Made by a program: the position numbers and the translations under genes. A DNA stretch of 63,970 nt, counting the filler, from Octopus bimaculoides (lineage: Eukaryota), in NCBI RefSeq assembly GCF_001194135.2. It is 6 parts of 5 records of this genome, joined end to end, with 100 filler letters (N's around TTAATTAATTAA, not from the genome) between each part and the next. Parts side by side here need not be neighbours in the genome. Positions count along the whole stretch, not along the records: positions 33,069 to 49,336 come from NC_068983.1; positions 49,437 to 58,945 come from NC_068993.1; positions 59,046 to 61,535 come from NC_068996.1; 3 more parts are not named here. One strand, written 5' to 3'. Of this stretch, positions 48,205 through 61,591 are shown piece after piece; position 1 is the first letter of the stretch, and the number at the start of each line of letters is the position of its first letter. The notes beneath the pieces were generated by a model. It was given only the letters and a program-made list of their open reading frames with translations. It made no database searches and was not told the origin of the DNA.

Positions 48205-48500
48205 TCAAAGGCACGCTGGACGAAATGTTTAGCGGTATTTCGCCCGTCGCTACGTTCTCAGTTCAAATTCCGCCGAGGTCGACTTTACCTTTCGTCTTTT
48301 CGGGGTCGATAAATTAAGTACCAGCTGAGTGCTAGGGTCGATGGAATCGACTATGCCCCTCCTCCAGATTTCAGTCATTGTTCAAATATCGTCGAGGCCG
48401 TCCTTGCCTTTCATCCTTATGGAATCGATAAAATATGTGCCAGTGGAGCACTGGGGCCGATGTAACCGATTTCTCCCCTTTCAAAATGCGGGCCTTGTGC
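48205..48500 (+). mobile_element. Two family A SINE units
   Basis: Cores at about 48280 and 48405. Confidence 0.75.
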
Positions 48501-49380
48501 TACATTGAACTTAAATTTAAAAAAAAAACATATTGGGAAAGAAAAAAGAAAAATACTAGTTTATTGCTGATAGGAAAAAATGCTTAGTTACTTCATAAAT
48601 CTCGTAGACGTATTCGAACATGAAACCTTGTAGCGAGACTCGAACCCGAGTCCCGACATTACAGATTCCAAGCCACGACATTGCTCGACTCTTTCATGTG
48701 TGAAGCCGAATTATCGGCCAATCATCAGCCGATTTTCACGTGATAGCTTCTCCAGATCCTTCTAGATTGTTCTTGGTAATAAGCTTATAAATAGAACTTA
48801 TATTAAGCACCAGTTGACCGAGTGTTGTAGACGTCCAGGCGGAATATCATCTCCACACTTGCCAAGCTCAAGTTGCAGTCCGACACATACATTCATTCAC
48901 TTACATAGCTGTTCTAACGTCTACATACTCAGCCTGATATGTGTTATATGATGGCAGATATGAAGCGATGTGTAAATTTATTCCAGTGTTTAATCCAGCC
49001 CCAGTGCTAAGCTTTTGCACCCAGCTAACCATGCATGTTACAATATGTGTCTCACAGTCGTGTTGACTTTGTGAAGATTGCTGTAATTCGAGACCGACCT
49101 CAGTATGACTTGTTGCTGGGTAAATCAAATAAGATTTAATGTTAGAATGGTGTTTTTTTCTTTCCGCCATCATTTGCAAGAGTGTGATGAAAAAAAATTT
49201 GAAAAGTCTTCATCAAAACAGAGAAAATCCAACTTATGTGGGTGTGTTATTCCGAAAGTCTGCCAAGGCATTCTATTGTGAAAATTACCCGGCAACGACG
49301 GTATACTCAGCTAGTGTGTGTGTGTGTGTGTGTGTGNNNNNNNNNNNNNNNNNNNNNNNNNNNNNNNNNNNNNNNNNNNN

Positions 49381-49392
49381 TTAATTAATTAA
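49381..49392. other. Artificial gap linker TTAATTAATTAA
   Basis: 44 N on each side. Confidence 0.95.
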
Positions 49393-49479
49393 NNNNNNNN
49401 NNNNNNNNNNNNNNNNNNNNNNNNNNNNNNNNNNNNTGTGTGCGTGTGTTTGTGTGTGTGTGGGTGTGGGTGTGTGTGC

Positions 49480-49512
<33 letters not shown>

Positions 49513-50194
49513 CGTGTGCGTGTGTGTGTGTGTGCGTGTACACTCGTGCGATCGGTTCTAATTTTTACCTCTGCTGCCAAGCAAGTAAAAGACAGCAGGA
49601 TATATTCGAATTATCTTGCCGAAAGCACAGCAAATCCTAAATAAAATAAGATAAGAAAAAAAAAAAAAACCGAGATGTTACAAAGTCGGGTCTAGAAGAT
49701 TATCTATTCAGCCATTGCCCATCATCAAATAATATCCTGCTTATGCAACAGATCATACAACTAAAGAGAAACGCAATCAGATTACGTCATGTCCATGAAT
49801 TTCACAAGCGCTTTAATGGCGTAGACAACACGCGGAGCTGTCAAAAGAATATTATACATCTATCTGAAGTCTTGACATGTTTGTCTCTAGACACTGACGC
49901 TGCACTACTTTGTGCCCAACAGTGAAATTCAACTTGTCAATATCCTTCTATTATATTGGGATCTTCAGACGTGTACATCTGAAATACCTACGAAAGGAAA
50001 GCTGATGTTGTTATTAATGGTGTTGGCTGTTAATGTTGTTTACATTATATTTCTTGAATTTGTAGTCGCTGGTGTTGATGTCATTATTATTATTGTTGTT
50101 GTTGTTGTTGTTGTTGTTGCTGTTGTTGTTGTTGATAGTATTCTTGTAGTTATAACTAGTCGTTTGTCGATGTCGTTGAAGATGTTGATTTGAC

Positions 50195-50760
50195 TCTTTT
50201 ATTCTTTCACTTGTTTCAGTCATTTGACTGCGTCAATGCTGGAGCACCGCCTTTAGTCGAGCAAATCGACCCCGGGACTTATTCTTTGTAAGCCTAGTAC
50301 TTATTCTATCGGTCTCTTTTGCCGAACCGCTAAGTTACGGGGACATAAACACACCAGCATCGGTTGTCAAGCAATGCTAGGGGGACAAACACAGACACAC
50401 AAACACATACATATATATATACATATATACGACGGGCTTCTTTCAGTTTCCGTCTACCAAATCCACTCACAAGGCTTTGGTCGGCCCGAGGCNNNNNNNN
50501 NNAGTTACGGGGACATAAACACACCAGCATCGGTTGTCAAGCAATGCTAGGGGGACAAACACAGACACACAAACACATACATATATATATACATATATAC
50601 GACGGGCTTCTTTCAGTTTCCGTCTACCAAATCCACTCACAAGGCTTTGGTCGGCCCGAGGCTATAGTAGAAGACACTTGCCCAAGATGCCACGCAGTGG
50701 GACTGAACCCGGAACTATGTGGTTGGTAAGCAAGCTACTTACCACACAGCCACTCCTGCG
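50195..50760 (-). mobile_element. SINE family B with a 160-bp artefactual duplication
   Basis: Near consensus; 50333-50492 is identical to 50503-50662 across a 10-N gap. Confidence 0.9.
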
Positions 50761-51133
50761 TTATATTTTTGAGTTTTACTTTTATAGTTAATGATAGTGT
50801 TGTTGCTGTCGTTGATGTTGGTAGAGATTTCTCATCACCCCTATATCTTAATAATAATCCGCATATAACTAAACATTATCTAACTTGGAATATTTCACTT
50901 GGAATTCCCAGTAATTGCTTTCTTACAACTCATAAATCTAGCTGTAAATAGGTTTAACAGGTGTTACTATATGCGTGTATTTATGAATGTTAATGCATAC
51001 ACACACACACACACAGAGACTCACACACGCACACATACACACACACTTTTGCACACGCACGCACATACACACATATATCATCACGGTCATAAATCTGTTC
51101 TCTTTTTACATATGTCTAAGTCTCTTGGCTATT

Positions 51134-51610
51134 TGAGATAAGCTTGGACAATTGTCATGCTGATGACGCCTATTGAGGCAAAAACACATACTCTCGATTG
51201 ACCTATTTTCTCCTGACAATAAGCCTGTCCTTTCTATCAACGGCATGTCAACTTTGAAGCATACCTCATTCTTAAGATTATCATCCATTCTCATACGGAG
51301 CTGGTCTTAATTGCCTTTTGTTAATTATCATACAAATATATTCAGTCATATTACCTAAACCATAAACAGGTTCTATTCTTTTAGTATAAGTTTAGGTCAC
51401 TTCGTTACTGGAAATAAATTTGAACAATTGCCGTGCTGATGATGCCAACTGAAGCAGAAATACACGGCAACGACTTTCCTCTTATCTCCAGACAATAAGC
51501 CTGTCCACTTCTTTCTTAATGGTATGTCAAGGTTCTTGGGATTATTCCCCTTTCTCATATGAAACTAATCTAAATTGTCATTTGGTAATTATTCTCAAAA
51601 GACAGAGACA
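51134..51610 (+). repeat. Tandem dimer (~276-bp period), each unit starting with a hammerhead-like motif
   Basis: CTGATGA at 51160 and 51436; shared downstream gacaataagcctgtcc and ttctcata blocks. Confidence 0.8.
51428..51470 (+). ncRNA. Putative minimal type I hammerhead ribozyme
   Basis: uugccgug CUGAUGA ugc-caacugaa-gca GAAA UA cacggcaa: perfect 8-bp helix I, 3-bp helix II, helix III reduced to A-U. Confidence 0.55.
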
Positions 51611-51762
51611 ATTTGAATTAATAACGAATCTATGTTGCATGGCATCTGTTGTTTAAATATGTATATATGCCACTGGTCACTCTGAATTATTTCCCTGGTT
51701 TCATTTTTGTTTCAGTTATATGTGGGAAAGGAGTTATGTGTGCATGTGTGTGCTCGCATGTC

Positions 51763-52319
51763 CAATAATGCCTTGATATACGAGTTAATTTGATCCCGGA
51801 GACCGCTTGTAGAGCGAAAACTCGTACAGCAGAGCAATAATTTCCCATTGTAGCAATGTTAAATCGTAATTCGTTCTCAGAAAAATATTTTACCGATAAA
51901 ATTGATAATACTCGTAAATAAACGGCAATAAAACAACAGAACGTTAAGAATATTTTATGTAAAGTACAAAGAACGTCAAGATTCCTTGTAATAAAAAATA
52001 TTATTATGATAATCACTTTCTCAATCACTTTCACTCGCACTAGACTCGCGCACATCATCGCTTGTGACACGATCACCGATTCACAGGCACTCGTAGACGC
52101 ACTTGTAGATTTCTTTTTAAAAAAAACAAGTCTAGAGCTCTTTGCTTAAAAGAAGCGTTTTTCTTGGCTCTCTATAAATTTCTCGGTAACACGCAGAAGC
52201 ATTTGTTATGGTGGTAGAAACTTTTGCACTTTGTTCAAAATTTGGATCTTGTGTTTGAAAATAAAACTCATAAACTCGAGATCTCATAAAGCGGGTCCTC
52301 GTAAAATGAGGCATTACTG
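51763..52319. mobile_element. Tigger/pogo-like non-autonomous element
   Basis: Imperfect TIR caataatgccttgatatacgag / ctcgtaaaatgaggcattactg, followed by TA at the right end. Confidence 0.55.
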
Positions 52320-52585
52320 TATCTATTTAACAGTATAAAAGTTTAGCTACGCTATCATTAACGTAAAGTTTTACTGTTATGTATTATCTGGCTAATATAT
52401 ACGTTGGACTGTCGTGTATACCATCGCCATTTTAGAAAATGGCTATATACACGTGGTGGCAGCGCAAAGCATATTATTTGAATAACCTTTATTTAATGCT
52501 GAAAGCATGCAGTAAAGGGAATATTACTAACATACAATATTGTTTAATAGGCACGTATCTATTGCATTTATTCTTTTCTATTCTA

Positions 52586-52949
52586 GGCACAAGGCCAGAA
52601 ATTTGGGGGGAAGGGGCTAGTTGATTAGATTGACCCCAGTACGTAACTGATTACTTAATTTATTGACTCCAAAAGGATAAAAGGCAAAGTCGACCTCGGC
52701 GGAATTTGAACTCAGAATGTAAAAATAGACGAAATGCCGCTAAGCATTTCGCCCAGCGTGCTAACGTTTCTTATTTCTTTATTGCCCACAAGAGGCTAAA
52801 CATAGAGAGGACAAACAAGGACAGACAAAGGGATTAAGTCGATTACATCGACCCCAGTGCGTTGCTGGTACTTAATTTATCGACCCCGAAAGGATGAAAG
52901 GTTAACGTGTGCTAACGGTGTGATAACGTTTCTGCCAGCTCGCCGCCTT
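52586..52949 (-). mobile_element. Tandem/dimeric family A SINE
   Basis: Junction gtgctaacgtttct|tatttctttattgccc (52771/52772), the same as at 8618. Confidence 0.85.
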
Positions 52950-55159
52950 GTCCATCGTACAATATTGAGCTCTTCTTGTACTTTTTCTATGCTGTTTTAC
53001 GCGCTAAAAACTAAAAACCGAGAGACACGCACACACATACACAGAGATATGCGCGAGTGCATTCACACACACACACACACACACACGCATACCACACACC
53101 ACATGCACGTACGCACACAAACACACACATGCACGCACACACACTCACACACACACACACAGACACACAAAATGAATTTTAAGCGTACTTTTGTTTCACC
53201 TTCTAAAAATAACTAGGCAATATAGTGTATATTTCTTTTAAACATTATGGAGAAAAGAAATTTTGGTTTTCTTAATGAAAATTTTGATTTTAATAAAGCT
53301 GCTGTCATTTTTGATGACGCACAACGTGTGCGCAACTGCGTGTTGGCCGTGTGGAAAGTATACTCAGCCGCTTAAGTGATAGCACCGTTATAAAATTAAG
53401 TAGCGATTTGTTGCTTACTTTGTTACGTTCTATTTCCTCCAGCAGGGGAAATTACATACATCTGATAGACTGAAGTCTTATCGTACGAAGCTTTATTTCT
53501 CACCCACTTAACGCTAATAAAGATCGGGATGAACACCTACCTTATGGATCTCTGAGTTTAAGAAAGATAAGTACTAAGAAAGTAAAGAAATTGCTTTTGG
53601 GCTTAACAGAATAGCCAAAGGAAATTAGCTTCAACTTCTTAACAAATTATTGTTGCCAGTGCACAATTTTATTTATTAACAGATTTCTATTGTAGCCAGT
53701 GCACAATAGCCATATTGAAAATACTCCCACTCAAAAACTATCACACAAATACAGTTACATCTGTACGAATGATAAAAAAAGCCATTCAAAATTAATTTCT
53801 TATACTTCGTTAACTTAAAGTAAAATAATNNNNNNNNNNNNNNNNNNNNNNNNNNNNNNNNNNNNNNNNNNNNNNNNNNNNNNNNNNNNNNNNNNNNNNN
53901 NNNNNNNNNNNNNNNNNNNNNNNNNNNNNNNNNNNNNNNNNNNNNNNNNNNNNNNNNNNNNNNNNNNNNNNNNNNNNNNNNNNNNNNNNNNNNNNNNNNN
54001 NNNNNNNNNNNNNNNNNNNNNNNTGATATAAGTGGTAGAATTTTTTATCAATCTCAAGAAAGCTGAAAATGTCAAGCACATCATTGGGAGGCATAAAATT
54101 GCACGTTATCTTTCTCCCTATTTCTTGCTCAAGGTCTTTTCACAGAAATGAGACGCCCTTGAGTTTAGTTCAAACAAATTAGAAATTAGGAATAGTTTTG
54201 CATGTAAATATAATTATGGTTTCTGAGATAGACAGTAACAACAATTTCGAGAGAGAGAGAGAGAGAGAGAGAGATGAGATAGTTGCTCGAATTGATTCCA
54301 GTAAGTGATTTGTGGTTGCTATACATGACTCGTACTGAAGAATGAAAGACAAACTATTAGAACTCAGTTTGCAAAGAGAAGTAACTAAAAATCGTATGGC
54401 ATGTTGTCCAACACTCTACTGGTCCTGATACGCACTATCCTTAGAAGATAAAGGTACTTATATCACAATAGAATGAGTCCAATAGAGAGAATATGGCTGG
54501 CAGAGTTAATTAAGTACTAGGCAGCCAGCTGAAAGGGATTTAGCTCTGTGCCCATGCTCATGACACTCAATCTCCTGTAAGGATTGCAGAGAGAATAACA
54601 TGCGACTGTCAAGACTGAAGTCCAAAATAAAACTGAATAAGCAATTAGTTTGAACATTTGTGAGCTGATTGCATGAGATTGTACACTGCCTACTTGTTCA
54701 AAGAAACAAGAACTGCTGCAAAATGGTTGGATGTATTGTGAAAACTTCCTACGATGTTAGTTCAGTGGTTAATGCATATTGTTGGGTGAATCTTTGTCAA
54801 TCAACCGGATGGCTTTTTCTTAGATGCTCTCTAAATTTGTTTCGTAGATATGCATGCAGTACTCTATGGGCAGTATTTGTGCATTGTAAACTGCTACAAC
54901 CAATCAACACTATACATGTTCTAAGGCTTTTACAAAATCTGAGTTTTTAGGATGTATCTTTAGCTACAATAGAGATATGTGATGGTGATGAAAAGTGATG
55001 CAATATAGTGGTGCTTATCGTTTGTAAAATTACTGGTGGCTTTAGTCACATGGTGTTCGTGAATAAGGAAGAGATAATATAGTTTAGTGCAGTACTCTGA
55101 CACGTATCCAGCTAGTCCTTTCTAGTATTTTTGAGAGTATCCAACTTCTGACTTTTATC

Positions 55160-55604
55160 TTTTGTTTGTTTCAGTCGTTTGACTGCAGCCCTGCTGGGAC
55201 ACCGCCTTGAGGGGTTTTAGTCAAAGAAATCGACCCTGGTACTTATTCTATTGGTTTCTTTTGCCGAAGCGCTAAGTTATTGAGATGTAAACACACCAAC
55301 ACCAGTTATTAAGCAGTGATTGGGGACAAACACAGACACAAAGACACACATGCAAAGAGATATACATACATGCATACATACATACATACATACATACATA
55401 CATACATACATACATACATACATGCATACATACATGCATGCATATATATATAACAAGCTTCTTTCAGTTTCCGTCTGTCAAATCCACTCACAAGGCTTTG
55501 GTCGGGCCGAACCTATAGTAGGAGATACTTGCCCAAGGTTCCACGCAATGAGACTGAACCGGGAACCATATGGTTGTGAAGGAAACTTCTTAACACACAG
55601 CCAC
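55160..55604 (-). mobile_element. SINE family B
   Basis: Full copy with internal (ATAC)n. Confidence 0.85.
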
Positions 55605-58600
55605 AATTTTAAGATATATTTTCAATAGATACCACTCGATATCATATGCAATAACGTTGAGTAAAGTTACAACTTACTTTCTTGATTTTTAAAATTGGGG
55701 TTTGCATTTCTGCTTAAGTAAAATTAATTATGAGACATTAAATGAATTTTCGTTTACACTTCTTTCTCTTTATTAGCTGCTGAGCTAATGTTGAGTGGAA
55801 CTATGACATTACAAAATGGTAAAACTTAGTGAGTTTAATAGTATAATTTAAGTCATTATTGATATATATTTAGAAGACTAGAAGATCCAGGTCAGAAGTC
55901 TGTGAATAAGATCTTGTATATAAGCATGGCTTACACGATGTTTTTCTTCAAAACCAGTACGACAAAAGTATACCACCTATTTTATAGTACTTGCTACATT
56001 TGAATAATAACAACTTATACATGAATATGTGTTTATTATTTTGATGCTAGCAACAAAGATTTATGAATGCAGTTTTCCCATTATCAGCAATTCAGTATAT
56101 CTGAACACAGAAGTAGTATAAAATATCTTTCAAGAATAAAAAGGAAAGAGTCAGAACAGTCAGGTGAATTATACTTCACTCAATAAAATAACGCATAGTC
56201 TATGCACAGCTTCGCTGACACCATAGTAGCTCTCCATGTATAGCTGCAGCACAATAACAATTGAGAAATATATAAGAAATAGATTCTGCGGTATTGATTT
56301 TTTTTGTTAACACAGGCTGCATTTTTTTTCCTTCATTCAAGATACGAGTAAAAAAAAAATCTATACAGACGATTGTTTAAATACCAATATATTACTGGTA
56401 CTTAGTTAACTTTAACTAAAGGAATGAAAAGCAACAATGAAAGACGCCAGTTATCTGCTTTCTGAGCGCCAATTCTACCACTTTCAGATTCCGGTACATT
56501 ATCGATTATATAAATATCATTCTATTCTATTCACGTGTTAGAAGATTTTTATCTCGACAACTTGCTTGTCGATTTTCTATAAAAGTTGACAAAATCGCAG
56601 AAAGCGCAACAGAGCTTTTGGAGAGTTGAAGAAATCTTGTGAAATTTCTGCCAGTAGTAATTCAACTATTCTAAACTATGTTCGTGTTAATATCCAATTC
56701 CATCTTTATGCATTGTTAATGATCGTGGTGATGGTCAAAGACCGTTACCTTTACTACATTAGTACTTTATACGGCCAAATGTCAGGCCCTTCGATTCTTT
56801 TACATTGATCTCGCTATTTACGTGGCTCTCTATTTTCAATGTGTCTTCCTAACCATCTACCCATTCATCGATCTACTTATTTGCTTCCTCATTTGCCCCG
56901 ACTTCTATAAACCATTACAGAACTAGTTGCAGTTATTCTAAAAGAACAGCAAATTTTGTCCGCATAGTGACAGAAATTTTTCTTCAGTCGTAAATAGAAT
57001 TCCGATTGAGCGAGTCACGCATAAAGTGGAGCATACTAAATTTTTTAGTACACTATGGTTGATGAAACCCTCAGGAAAGGTCAAAATACTTATTAAGCTC
57101 ACTCATTCGGTTATAATTTAGAACCTATCTACTAGAGTTGTCCATCTTAATGCAATTTATGTTAGTATTCACATGGGCAACCAGTAGGTATCGCTACGTT
57201 TTATATCAGGGACTACATTATATCAAACAGTTTTGCAATGAAACTCTTCATTCGACATTTCGTTGTACCAAAAGATGCAGCAGATTTTTTTCGGACATAC
57301 CATGTGGAAATCATTGATCTTATTCGTGTCTCAATTTACCACTGACTAACATTCTGAAACAAGCATTAGGACATTTATGACACAGCTGTTATACAGTGAA
57401 TAATTCATTCGAACAATGTACCTTTACAATGAAGAAAATTAAATGAGATTTTATATCACGGTTAAACTACTTGTTTTTTTTTTTGCATAGATATCCTGAA
57501 TATAGCTGTTCTTCAACATCCACCTTCCCGTCATCAGTAATTACTCCAAATTCAAGTCATGCATTGAAATCACTTCCTCTCTCTATCTATCTATCTATCT
57601 ATCTATTTTGTCTGTTTATCTCTGAAGTCATCATCCTTGTTGACTCCAGTCTATTCAACTTCTGGCTTTTGTACTCAGTCGACACCGACAGTGCTACTCA
57701 AACAGAAGCTAAATTAACTTTCTGAACAATCTGTAATTATTTAGTATCCAGAGTAATATCCCAGTTTCTCTTAACCATTTTCTGTGCTACAAATCCAGTC
57801 TTTTTCTAAACATTACCGTCTGTCTTGTTAGATTCTTGCCTAATCAAAGTAATGCACAATACATCTTCTTACAAGTACCGGAGACTAACCATACTTATGG
57901 CAGTAAATACGTTTCCCTTCTGATATATCAGATGCAGCTAATCTTTCTCACTTAAAGAACATTGCCAAAACTGCAACACAAAAGATTCTTCTTATAACCT
58001 GAAAATATATTAATATTGATCAGTCGTTGACCTACTAGAATTTTTATGTCAGAGCTATAATGGAGTAATGGGCAATATCTTTCATATATCAGGCAAGCGC
58101 ACCAAATCGAAGCCAAAATTATCATTCACCAATATGCCTCAGTTACTAACTTACAAACGCTTATTCTTTTTTCCTTTTTCTGCTACTATTACAACGGTCT
58201 CTGTACCTTTGAACTGCATAAATATATATATTCCGCCTTAACTGAAGTCTAACCAACACACGCGTTTCTTCTCTTTTTATCACGTTTAGTAGTCTTAACC
58301 TCAATTGTCCCAGGTAAATATTTTCTGTATTCATCCTGCCCTTTCAGAATTGTAACTCTCAGAAATTCTCAGAAATTTTGTTTCTTGTTCTGCAACACTC
58401 AGAAATTACGTTTCTTGTTCTGAATTTTTTTTTTTTCTTTGACCTAAGTATTTTAAAACGGTCTGAAAAAAGTTTGCAAAGTTATGGGTGCTTGCTCACT
58501 TCCTTTGTCTAATTTACTAAATGAATAATTAAGGTATTACATAATCATATCTAAAGAAAATTAGTGGCCCATGACAAATTAAAGATCCTTCTAAAATTTG

Positions 58601-58910
58601 AAACCGAATTGCAGATTCAGTTTCGTGTGAACCTATATCACTGCTTCTTAAGGACACCATCTATAATAGCAAAACTGATAAAAGAAGTTGATAAGTTGCT
58701 ATTAAATTAGGTTATTTCACATATACGCCGATTTTCTACACAAAAGCATGCCCGAATGAGTTTAACATACCTTACATAATATAAATGCATATATGCGCAT
58801 GTGCAAATAATATAAGCACAATAAACATAGTTTCCTTTAACCAATAATTAATACATTTAAATACCCGGTAGATATATATTTGTAGCTTCATACAATACAT
58901 CTATACATAC

Positions 58911-58945
<35 letters not shown>

Positions 58946-58989
58946 NNNNNNNNNNNNNNNNNNNNNNNNNNNNNNNNNNNNNNNNNNNN

Positions 58990-59001
58990 TTAATTAATTA
59001 A
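58990..59001. other. Artificial gap linker TTAATTAATTAA
   Basis: 44 N on each side. Confidence 0.95.
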
Positions 59002-59376
59002 NNNNNNNNNNNNNNNNNNNNNNNNNNNNNNNNNNNNNNNNNNNNTATACGTACATACATATACATATATATGCATACACACATTTATCCTCACTAATAT
59101 ATATCCGTTTGTATATACATATATTTAGCCATATATACACGCATACCTTTTATTCTCTTTAATTTAGACACTTACTTTTATACCAACCTACGTATGGAAC
59201 CTACATACACACTCATGTATTGATAATTCATTTAGAATAAATCTATAAAAAATTGAAATATACTATAGGATTAACTGGTAAGACTTGCTAGCATAGACAT
59301 ATATAGTTTTACACATAAGGGCAATCTATTCACACATAATAATAATGACATAGCTATATACTCCCTATTCGTTCTA

Positions 59377-59582
59377 CAGGGTGTCCACAAAGTCTGGGTA
59401 CATAGGGTAAATAAAATCATAACATAAACAATATAAGAAATAATAATTTCTTAAAGTATGTGTTAATCCCCATGTGGGTACATGGAGTAAATAAAATCAT
59501 AACATAAACAATTAAATATAAGAAATAATAATTCATTAAAGTATGTGTTAATCCCATGTACCCAGACTTTGTAGACACCCTG
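59377..59582. mobile_element. Tc1/mariner-type MITE
   Basis: TA TSD; 27-bp TIR cagggtgtccacaaagtctgggtacat with 1 mismatch; internal 80/84-bp tandem duplication. Confidence 0.9.
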
Positions 59583-59739
59583 TATAATTACACATCACAA
59601 ATGTATAGACATATCAGTAATAACAAATACATCTACAACATACTAGCTACCATCATATTATATAATAAAGGTGCACGTCAATAAAATTGAAGATAAATAG
59701 ATAAATAAACAATATTATGTTGAATATCAAAAATTTTTC

Positions 59740-60480
59740 CCAAATTCCAAAAACGAGCTTTTGAGTGTATGGTTGCACTTTTGAACGATTTAGGAAAGTC
59801 TACTAATGACTTGACCACTGGATAATAGAATGCATAATGTCTCTGCTAAGCAGAAGTTTCATGATTTTGAATATGCATTGTATGGGTACGCATTCCGTAC
59901 CACTGACCTTATCATGCTGTAATATAACTTTGTTTCTTTGAGGTTCCAGATCAGGTTTGCGAGTGATGTGCATTGTCTTTTGCAGATGCTTTTAATTTAT
60001 GCAATGTGACTGCGCCAACGATATTTGAAAAGGTTATTGGTTGCACCTATATATGCACAGACGTTTGTACTCGTTCTGACAGTATATTTGCATATAATGT
60101 TTCTGGGGAGACACTCGTCTACCAGAGGACATGCTTTCTTGTCTCTACAATTATATTTTTTTAATATACTATTTTCAATTTGATTAATTGTCTTATTCCT
60201 ATTTTTCCTTTTCTTCTTAACAGTACTGTTGTGGTTATTATTGTTGTAGTTGCTATTGTGCCATTCATTATTAGCACTGTTGCTATCCCCACTGCCATTA
60301 TANNNNNNNNNNCCACAGAACCTCCCAAAACCAATATCAATGTAAGCAATCTCCACACACCATAGATCCACAAACACTTTCCACTTTTCTAGAATGAAAA
60401 ACAATTCAGATATAATAAAATCAAGATATGTATTCCCAACATCGGCTGTTACGAAATGATAGAACAATTTTTATTCCGTA
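59740..60480 (-). mobile_element. Decayed Penelope-like element, GIY-YIG endonuclease region
   Basis: YNCRDKKACPLVDECLPRNII...AYIGATNNLFKYRWRSH, then TSLANLIWNLKE...AYPYN and FCLAETLCIL; stops present. Confidence 0.85.
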
Positions 60481-60619
60481 AAGAAATTCATTCGCACTCT
60501 TGAGATGGGTATAATGACCGAAAGCATGAAATATTTATAATAAACTTGTAATAAATGAATTTTGTTGGTTGTGTGCAGTGATAGAGTTTTATGCAAGATT
60601 TACTCAGTTAAAATAAGAA

Positions 60620-61500
60620 GAAATAAATGATGCGTTGTCTTCTGCAACTCAAAGAATATTAGTATTAAACCGAATCGAAATCTGTTCTAGAGAACAATCG
60701 TTCTTAGGGTGAACGCTACTAAAAGGAAAACCTTTTAAATTATGGTTATTCGTAAAAATGAACGAAGATTTGTTGGCAAAAACGCAAAAAGCTTATTTTG
60801 AAGACTGTAATGTAGTAGTTATAACGAGGTGGCGTGTTATGCCACATATATGAATTTGAAGAACACAATACAGAATTTAAAAAGTATTGGATTATTTGCT
60901 GCAAGAACTCTGATATTCAAAGCTGGTTTCTTGCAGAAGATTTTTTTCGTTTTCTTTTTTTCTTTTTTAGCAGTTGAACAGAATGAATGCAAGGAACAAA
61001 GAGAAAACCATTCAAAAGTCAACATATAGAATTAGAGCGTTTAAAAGACAAAATAATTAGAAAATAAAGTAAATGAAAAAAATAATGAAACCTTTGAACC
61101 TGCATCAAAAATAGTGACAAAAGGTTCTCTTGGTAAGAATTTAATTTTACTGCATGAAAAAGAAAAAGTAAATGTCTATTCTCCTACAATAGAAGAATTT
61201 GATTGGATAAGAAATCCTTTTGTTACTATTGAAAATAATGTCCTCGGCTTTTCGAAATCGGATAACAACGGTCGTCATTGTTTTAAAAGATGATCGATGC
61301 TTGTTATTGAAATTTAAAGAAACTAACTTGCACAGATTTTGGATTTCAATGGAAGATAAATATCAGAATTTATTCAAAACAGCTTTGACGACTTTGATGC
61401 AATTTTCAGTTTTCAACAATCAATACTTGCAAAGCATTTTCTGTTATGGGTAACAAAATGTCGGAAAAGCTATCAGGTTTTTAAGAGCCTTGAATTCAAA
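60620..61500 (+). mobile_element. Decayed hAT transposase (C-terminal dimerisation domain)
   Basis: LKDDRCLLLKFKETNLHRFWISMEDKYQNLFKTALTTLMQF...YL...FC resembles FW...EYPxL...ALxxL.PF.STYLCE.GFS; an upstream TRW remnant is present. Confidence 0.65.
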
Positions 61501-61579
61501 ATGAATCTGTTTTATTTTAAACTTCTCCTATATATNNNNNNNNNNNNNNNNNNNNNNNNNNNNNNNNNNNNNNNNNNNN

Positions 61580-61591
61580 TTAATTAATTAA
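61580..61591. other. Artificial gap linker TTAATTAATTAA
   Basis: 44 N on each side. Confidence 0.95.

Noticed and set aside
48620-48700. Minus-strand GGTTCGAGTC B-box with a possible GTA anticodon loop
   Set aside because: The T stem and D arm do not pair; no cloverleaf.
48680-48740. Minus-strand CTGATGA...GAAA spacing
   Set aside because: Helices I and III cannot form; not a hammerhead.
50333-50662. 160-bp perfect duplication within a SINE
   Set aside because: Identical copies flank a 10-N gap; assembly overlap artefact.
57750-58150. Possible decayed LTR-retrotransposon sequence on the minus strand
   Set aside because: No continuous recognisable motif.
58430-58650. Possible Kolobok-like non-autonomous element ending at TTAA
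   Set aside because: No matching opposite terminus found.
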